Positions 58,701-64,000 of a stretch of 64,000 nt of DNA are shown here, piece after piece. The position numbers and the translations under genes are program-made. The DNA is taken from assembly GCA_964016885.1 (NCBI GenBank), contig OZ024743.1, forward strand, positions 378,014,001 to 378,078,000, read 5' to 3'. The notes beneath the pieces are model-generated. The model did not search any database. It was not told the DNA's origin and saw only the letters and a list, made by a program, of their open reading frames with translations. Source of the DNA: Eledone cirrhosa (taxonomy: Eukaryota). Position 1 is the stretch's first letter; each line of letters begins with the position of its first letter.

Positions 58701-59275
58701 GGATGTCAACCGAATCTTGTCCTAGCCCGTCAGCATTCATCTCCTCAGTGGCCGTATCTCTGTTCCAGGTATTATTTATCTCAGTATTCAGATCATTGTC
58801 TGCTTCGGGTGGTTCCTCCGCTCTCAGGACCTCCTCACCTTCATTTCCCGCCGGCTCGCTTGTCTGGCATACTACACCCGCCATCTCCAAGCCATTCTCT
58901 CTGCTCAGTTCCTCCAGTTCCAGCTCGCTTATCCACCCATTAGTTCTTATTACCCGAGCCTGCCCGGCCAATTTTTGTTCATCTAATTTAAATAAACCAA
59001 TCTCGTTCCAGATGTTATGCATCCGTCTCCTGTAGCCCCTCTCCTTGGGGTTACTTTTCAGGTAGCATTGCATAACAGTTCTATTCAATTCTTTCGTCCA
59101 GTTGGTTCTGGCCCCTTTCCTTCTTCTTCTTCCTCCAACATCAGCAGTATTTCGTTGACAGTCAGGTTCCTGCTGCTGAGCCAGGGGGCACCTGTTGGGT
59201 GAGAGTCTGTCACATGACGTTCTAGTCTCCATTTCACCGTTATTCGAACTGTTTATGTTCGATATTTAAACACTC
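55766..59275 (-). mobile_element. Apparently full-length R4/Dong-like non-LTR retrotransposon in a (TAA)n-type tract
   Basis: Single RT-CCHC-RLE ORF with TTA/TTG trinucleotide tracts on both sides. Confidence 0.88.
55840..59232 (-). CDS. 1130-aa reverse transcriptase / restriction-like endonuclease protein
   Basis: NWKSPGPDG, YRPITCL, QKGC, WIDYRKAFD, GIFQGDSLSPLLF, LFMDDLKL, GGRGL, CRICG...HIVSEC, RHD, RPDLVVVD...DVACP...K..RY.DL; no stops. Confidence 0.93.
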   Translation of the reverse strand: METRTSCDRLSPNRCPLAQQQEPDCQRNTADVGGRRRRKGARTNWTKELNRTVMQCYLKSNPKERGYRRRMHNIWNEIGLFKLDEQKLAGQARVIRTNGWISELELEELSRENGLEMAGVVCQTSEPAGNEGEEVLRAEEPPEADNDLNTEINNTWNRDTATEEMNADGLGQDSVDILNLVVDELNNDSGRPMNLRFVDRKKLKETTAKVNKVIPYLEARSLHQCNNILKATANTVRKLLGIKARGNNRQERAEPWWKKRLSGQIGEMRNDIGKLESLLNGTLKNIGTKNRLEIKYKTRSKKLNIIIEELKQRIVAKSAKIRRYENRVSQYKQNRMFDNNQKMLFGQLEGKERGTDLIPGAEQAKTFWRGIWEQDVRHNAQAGWIETVQREIGEQAQQQTDLSITVETLKGQAKKLTNWKSPGPDGVQGYWIKHLTSLHPKLTAMFNDCLVSGEVPEWLTKGTTVLIMKDRIKGNDVTNYRPITCLPVMWKLLTSIVSEEIYHHLHTNNLLPDEQKGCRKKSRGTKDQLLIDKMVMGNCRRRHTDLAMGWIDYRKAFDMVPHSWITKSLEIFRVADNIRELLGRSMGSWETELTSTGVSLGSVKIKRGIFQGDSLSPLLFVLALMPLTIMLRKVRAGYKLGRGELTINHLLFMDDLKLFGKSEKELDVLVDTVRIFSSDICMQFGIGKCGVIVMRRGRLSRSNGIQIPTGEMIKEIDSEEGYKYLGVLEADGIKNKKMKELLRTEYIRRVRSVLKSHLNSRNAISAVNSRAVSIIRYSAGILRWNVAEQKEMDRKTRKLLTIYNMFHKRSDVDRLYLRRSEGGRGLISIEDCVQMEKNNLYKYVTYSKEPMLRAVLKEGRVGQGIPKEEITSRRKSSLKGKSLHSTFFEKTEFRDPQTWNWLRRGDLKKATEGMLMAAQEQALKTKWLKHHIYKEEASPLCRICGEREETVAHIVSECKHLAQTHYKGWRHDVMGRVIHWHLCKVNNLPHSEKWYEHRPEAVMENSQVKVLWDFRIQTDKKLEHNRPDLVVVDKEKRSCLIVDVACPFDTRVQEKEREKINRYQDLKWEVKRIWNCHEVKVIPIVIGALGTISKGFQGWLKKIGPFTLFGTLQKACLLGTARTLRYVLNI

Positions 59276-59592
59276 TTATTATTGTTATTATTGTTATTAT
59301 TATTATTACTATTATTATTATTATCATTATTGTTGTTGTTGTTGTTGTTGTTGTTTTCTTTTTAAAGTGTCTCAAACACGATTGCAAGGCCACAGCTCTA
59401 TGCCGTTGCCTCAAAGATCAGCAGATTAAATTTCTCGATGTGGCAAATCAATCTTAGCAGAACTGGGCAAACATATTGATCTGGGGATTTATTATTATTT
59501 TTAATATGCTATGGTGTGGTTAAGAAGGCACAAGCATGGCTGTGTACTGTGTCATTAACATATGTATGCTTATACATACATTTATATATATA

Positions 59593-59664
<72 letters not shown>

Positions 59665-59721
59665 AAATGAAGTAACGGACTCAGAAAGTCGCGTTAGTCC
59701 CTGTAATATTATATATATATA

Positions 59722-60673
59722 GGCTATGGAAACAACAGTTGGAATGAAGAGGACTGAGAGTGAACATAGCTAAGACAAAAGTATTGATAAGTAGAAGAGA
59801 GGACAACACTCCGATTCCATCAGGAAATGGCCATGTTTGATATGTAGAGAAGGAACTGGCATAAATTCCATAAAATGTACGCAATGCAGATCTTGGGTAC
59901 ACAAGAGATGTAGCGGGATAGCAGGCAAACTAACAGGTAGGGAAAACTACGTATGCAGTAGATGTACAGGGAAAGTTGGCAGTATTAATCGCATTGATAG
60001 ACACATTTTTCCAATGCAGGTGGGTTCTATAAAAGTGGTTGATAGCTTCCGGTACCTAGGTGATCAGATTAGCATGGGAGGGGGGAGGGTGTTCCGAAGC
60101 CATAGTATCTAGAATAAGGACGGGTTGGAAGAAGTTTAGGGAGCTGCTTCCTTTGTTGACAAAGAAGGGTTTCTCCCTGCATACGAAAGGACGGTTATAT
60201 GATGCCTGTGTGAGATGCGCGATGCTGCATAGTATTGAGACATGGGCAGCAACTGCAGAAGATATGCGACGGCAGGGAGAAATGAAGCCAGTATGCTCCA
60301 TTGGATGTGCAATGTCAATGTGCGTGAACGACCAAGCATGGACGAGTTGAGAAAGAAACTGGGTATAAGAGGGATAAGTTCTGGTGTGTAGGAGAGAAGG
60401 CTGAGATGGTATGGACATGTGTTGCGCATGGAGGATGACCGCTGAGTAAAGAAGTGCCAAAAAATCCCAGTAGAAGGAAGACGCAGTAGAGGTAGACCAC
60501 GTAAAACATGGGCGGTGGTGGTGAGAGCAGACCTCAGATCGCTGAAACTCACTGAGGAGATGACGAAGGACCGTGACAAGTGGAGAGATGCTGTGCTGAA
60601 TAGGACCCATCCAACTCTTGCAAGCAGGGAAAAACGGATGTAAAATGATGATGATGATGATGATGATGATGAT
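59722..60673 (+). mobile_element. Decayed RTE LINE 3' half with (GAT)n tail
   Basis: GL.VN.AKTKV, C..C...WVHKRCSG, FRYLGD, RTGWKKFRELLP, RWYGHV, GRPRKTW, with frameshifts. Confidence 0.88.
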
Positions 60674-60832
60674 ATATATATCTGTCTAAACCCATGCTAG
60701 CATGGAAGATAGACGTTAAACGATGATGATGATGATGATGAATGATTATGATGATGATGATGATGATATATATATATATATATGTTTATATATAGAGAGA
60801 GAGATGGAGGAGACTAAACAATAATACAATAA

Positions 60833-61023
60833 TAATTGTTTCTACTTTTGGCACAAGGCCAGCAATTAGCCAGTGTATTACTGGTACTTTATTTTATCGA
60901 CCCCGTAAGGATGAAAGGCAAAGTTAACCTTGGCGGGATTTGAACTCAGAATGGCAAGGGCCATAACTCTATGCGTCAAAGCATGGCGTCCGACCCTCTA
61001 CCGATACTGCCAATCCACCGCCA
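60833..61023 (-). mobile_element. Full-length SINE family A
   Basis: Reverse complement of 626-810. Confidence 0.88.
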
Positions 61024-61242
61024 TGGTTTGAAGATTCACTCAATCTTTTTATATACATGTAAATTTAGAGTACAAACAAAAAAGAAATTAGTTCATACAA
61101 AATTATAGGTAGGTTTGCAGAAACAATCATGGTCTTGTATCGACTGGTTTTGCTAAGGTTTGCTTTTCAAAGTTTCATTTTCAAGGTAACACTTGTGTGT
61201 AAGTATATATAAACATGTAGAACAAATATTTATTATTAGTAC

Positions 61243-61353
61243 AGATTAAAAGTTTAAGCAATAAATTTCTGCTTTCACCCTAAGTGGGATCATCTGAAAC
61301 TTATGATCCCACTTAGGGTGAAAGCAGAAATTTATTGCTTAAATTTTTAATCT
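61243..61353. repeat. Near-perfect inverted repeat (51-bp arms, 9-nt spacer)
   Basis: 61243-61293 versus 61303-61353, one mismatch. Confidence 0.93.
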
Positions 61354-61709
61354 ATAATAATAATATACACTTATATATATAGAGATTCATAGGTGGCCCA
61401 GGTCCAAAAATAATGAAAGCAATAATATTGAATGTATTTAATTTTTGGAATCCATAATTGATGTTAAGTATCCCAGGATTACTGGATATATCAACAATGA
61501 TACTAACTGGGAAATTAGCATTTTGATAAATTAATGGTTTTCATAAGAGAAACTGTATAGTTTTAGTTGATTACTGATCCATGGAAGTGATGGGCGATAA
61601 GGAGGATAGTTTATTTATTTCTAGGATATAATTACATAAATGCTCAGCTTGCACACACACACACACATATATATATATATGTATATGTGTGTGTGAGTTT
61701 ATGTATATG

Positions 61710-61749
<40 letters not shown>

Positions 61750-61751
<2 letters not shown>

Positions 61752-61922
61752 CATCATCACCGTTTTACGCTAGCATGGGTTAGACGGGTTGTCCTGTTGT
61801 GGGCAGTGCCCGGTCGGCTGACCTTGTCTTGCTCATACAGGGACTGATTTTAGCTCTATTTCTGCAGCTGGATGCCCTTCCTAACACCAACCTCATTTAC
61901 AGTGAGTGCTGGGTGCTTTTTG
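61750..61922 (-). mobile_element. RTE 3' tail fragment (subfamily of 53700-53905)
   Basis: Reverse complement similarity, including gggcagtg...ggtcggctgacc. Confidence 0.75.
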
Positions 61923-62582
61923 TCATTGACTTGATTCATTATTCATCAAAGATATATCAATGGATCAAAATGTCAATGGATCTTTAGTTTTTTAGAGGGG
62001 AGGGGGTTCTGTCATGTATGTATGAACCCCACCCTATACCACACACCTCCACCTACCACAACTTGTAGTTGTGCCATAGTGTCATATAGCATTATCATCA
62101 TTTTTACATCCACTTTTCCATGCTTGAATATTAGTCGTGCTTTTCATAATTTTGGCTGGATGTTTTCCTATCACCACCACTTAACAGCATGGACTGGTTG
62201 CATTCTTCATGCCACCAGCACTAGAGAGGTTGTTGTACCAGACTTAAGAGTCTTCTCCACCCTGTCTTGGGCATTTTATACATGGCAGATCTTATCCCTT
62301 CTCAGTCTTTTTCACTTTGTCCCATGTCTTCCAATGTCTTTCTCTACCTCAAGATTCATCAACTTCAATGGTTCGTCATCCTCAATATGCATCACCACCT
62401 TCTCTTTTGATGCCTCTCACATCCAGTTTTTCTCACAATTCATCTGTACTCCATCATTCATCTCCAGTGATATTACACCTTTTCTGCAGATTGTTCCTCT
62501 CATTTTTCCCAGGTACTGCCAGTCTTCTGTATTCAAGGCCCGTGTCTCACTACTATGCACCACTGCAATTTATACACATACA

Positions 62583-62915
62583 ATGGAGGCACATGTCTTA
62601 GTGGTTAGAGCATTGGCCTTGCAATTGAAAGGTTGTGAGTTCAATTCTCAGACCGGGTGATGTGTTGTTTCCTTGAGCAAGACACTTTATTTCAAGTTGC
62701 TCCAGTTTACTCAGCTGTAGAAATGAGATGATAGGGACTGGGGTCCATATCATTCCACTGCAAAGTGGTCGTGGAGGTGCCACGGCAAAAAAGCACCCAA
62801 TGAGGTTGGTGTTAGGAAGGGCATCCAGCTGTAGAAATCAAGCCAGAATCAGTTCCGGTCCCACCCTTGCAAGCAGGGAAAAGCGGACGTAAAATGAAAT
62901 GATGAAATGATGATC
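62583..62915 (+). mobile_element. SINE family B
   Basis: Near-identical to 31340-31657. Confidence 0.85.
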
Positions 62916-63386
62916 ATATAGCCTACCCTTCACTCTGAGAGAGAAAAACCTTTTGTTGCTAGCATAGGTAATAGCTCCCTCTATTTCTTTCACCCTATTC
63001 TTATTCTGGCTACTGTGTTTTTGGTATGCCCTCCTCTCCTACTAATTTGATCACGAAAGGAAAATAAACTATCCACTATTTCTAATGCTCCTTCTGAGCA
63101 AATGATGGAATTTATTTTCATTGTGCTCTCATTGAAAACTACTCCTATATTCTAACACATGCACAATTTACCTTTTCTGTCAGTCCGTCTGTAATCCCAC
63201 TATATAGAATTTTTACTGACTCTTTGAGGATATCGGGGTCTTATCTTCTTTCTTATTTATTAAAAATTAGATTTTTCCCAAGTTTATTCTGAGACATTTC
63301 AGTTCCATGTTTTTCTTCCATGTCTTTAATTTTCTCTTTTCTTGCTTATATATGATATATGTATATATACATACAACTTCATTTAG

Positions 63387-63429
63387 ACCGAGCTGAGGAT
63401 CTGAATAAGGTGAAACATTTGTTCTCAGT
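63387..63429 (+). ncRNA. Degenerate minimal hammerhead motif
   Basis: ACCGAG-CUGAGGA-short stem II-GAAAC-AUUU-GUU-CUCAGU; one stem I mismatch. Confidence 0.45.
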
Positions 63430-63475
63430 ATGGTGAACTAACTGTTGTGGAACTACTTATATATATATATATATA

Positions 63476-64000
63476 CAGTGAGTCCTCGATATACGGTATA
63501 TATGTGATCCTGAAACCCTTACCGTATATCGAATTACCGTATAAAGAACTCATTGTAACATGAAATAGATAGGGATGCATTCCAGTTCATCGAAAAAGTC
63601 ATCCCTACAGAAAAGAAATAATGTTTTTTTTTTATTTACTGTACCTTGCACATGGCGCGTAGTCCATCAGATGATGTGCCACTTCATTTGTCCCTCCCGA
63701 GGCTAAGGGACAGTATGGGTTTCAGCCCTTACTCATCTTGGGCTGAGTTGGCAGGGGAGGATGAAGGTGATGTGGGAGGCTCAAAAACCAACAAACTCGT
63801 TGACTGCAGTGGATATTGAAGGGCCAGCTGCAGCACGGTTGGCAGGTGTGACTGGCGTGAAGAAAGAGTAGATGGAGGACTGTTTGGCGGTGTTTCTTTT
63901 GGCTTCATACATTTCTTGGTAAATCTTGACATTTTTCTCGACGTCTTGAGCCACTTTGCTGCTCCTAGCAGGGTTGTGGTCACGCTCCTCCAGGGTTTCT
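63476..64000 (-). mobile_element. Tigger/pogo-like DNA transposon 3' end (continues beyond the window)
   Basis: TA|CAGTGAGTCCTCGATATACG terminus with subterminal ccgtat repeats. Minus frame 63999-63781 reads D.NPARSSKV...IYQEMYEAKR...QSSIYSFF, like Tigger transposase C-termini. Confidence 0.75.

Noticed and set aside
55913-59202. Plus-strand ORFs over the R4-like element
   Set aside because: Antisense shadows of the real minus-strand ORF.

Overview
AT-rich, microsatellite-laden animal genomic DNA. The repeat families suggest an octopod cephalopod (inference). Positions 228-9797 hold the last five coding exons of an NAA15/NAA16 (NatA auxiliary subunit) gene on the + strand. The rest is mostly a transposon landscape: several RTE-clade LINE copies and tails, a CR1-group LINE 3' half, two CRE-like LINE ends, one apparently intact R4/Dong-like LINE in a (TAA)n tract, a decayed Rep-Pif1 Helitron plus non-autonomous Helitrons, piggyBac derivatives, a Tigger/pogo end, two tRNA-derived SINE families, kilobases of TA/TG/CA microsatellite and a 200-N gap. 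Almost all long Y/I/M/C/V/H/T-rich ORFs in the track are microsatellite artefacts. The two most interesting signals are RNA structures read by eye. (1) The 3' UTR of the RTE family and its partner SINE is built from back-to-back mini H-type pseudoknots with compensatory changes, locally amplified to 17 x 48-bp and 6 x 112-bp arrays. (2) There are four type I hammerhead ribozyme motifs, one with the U3-A8 compensatory core. None of the structure calls has been computed or tested.
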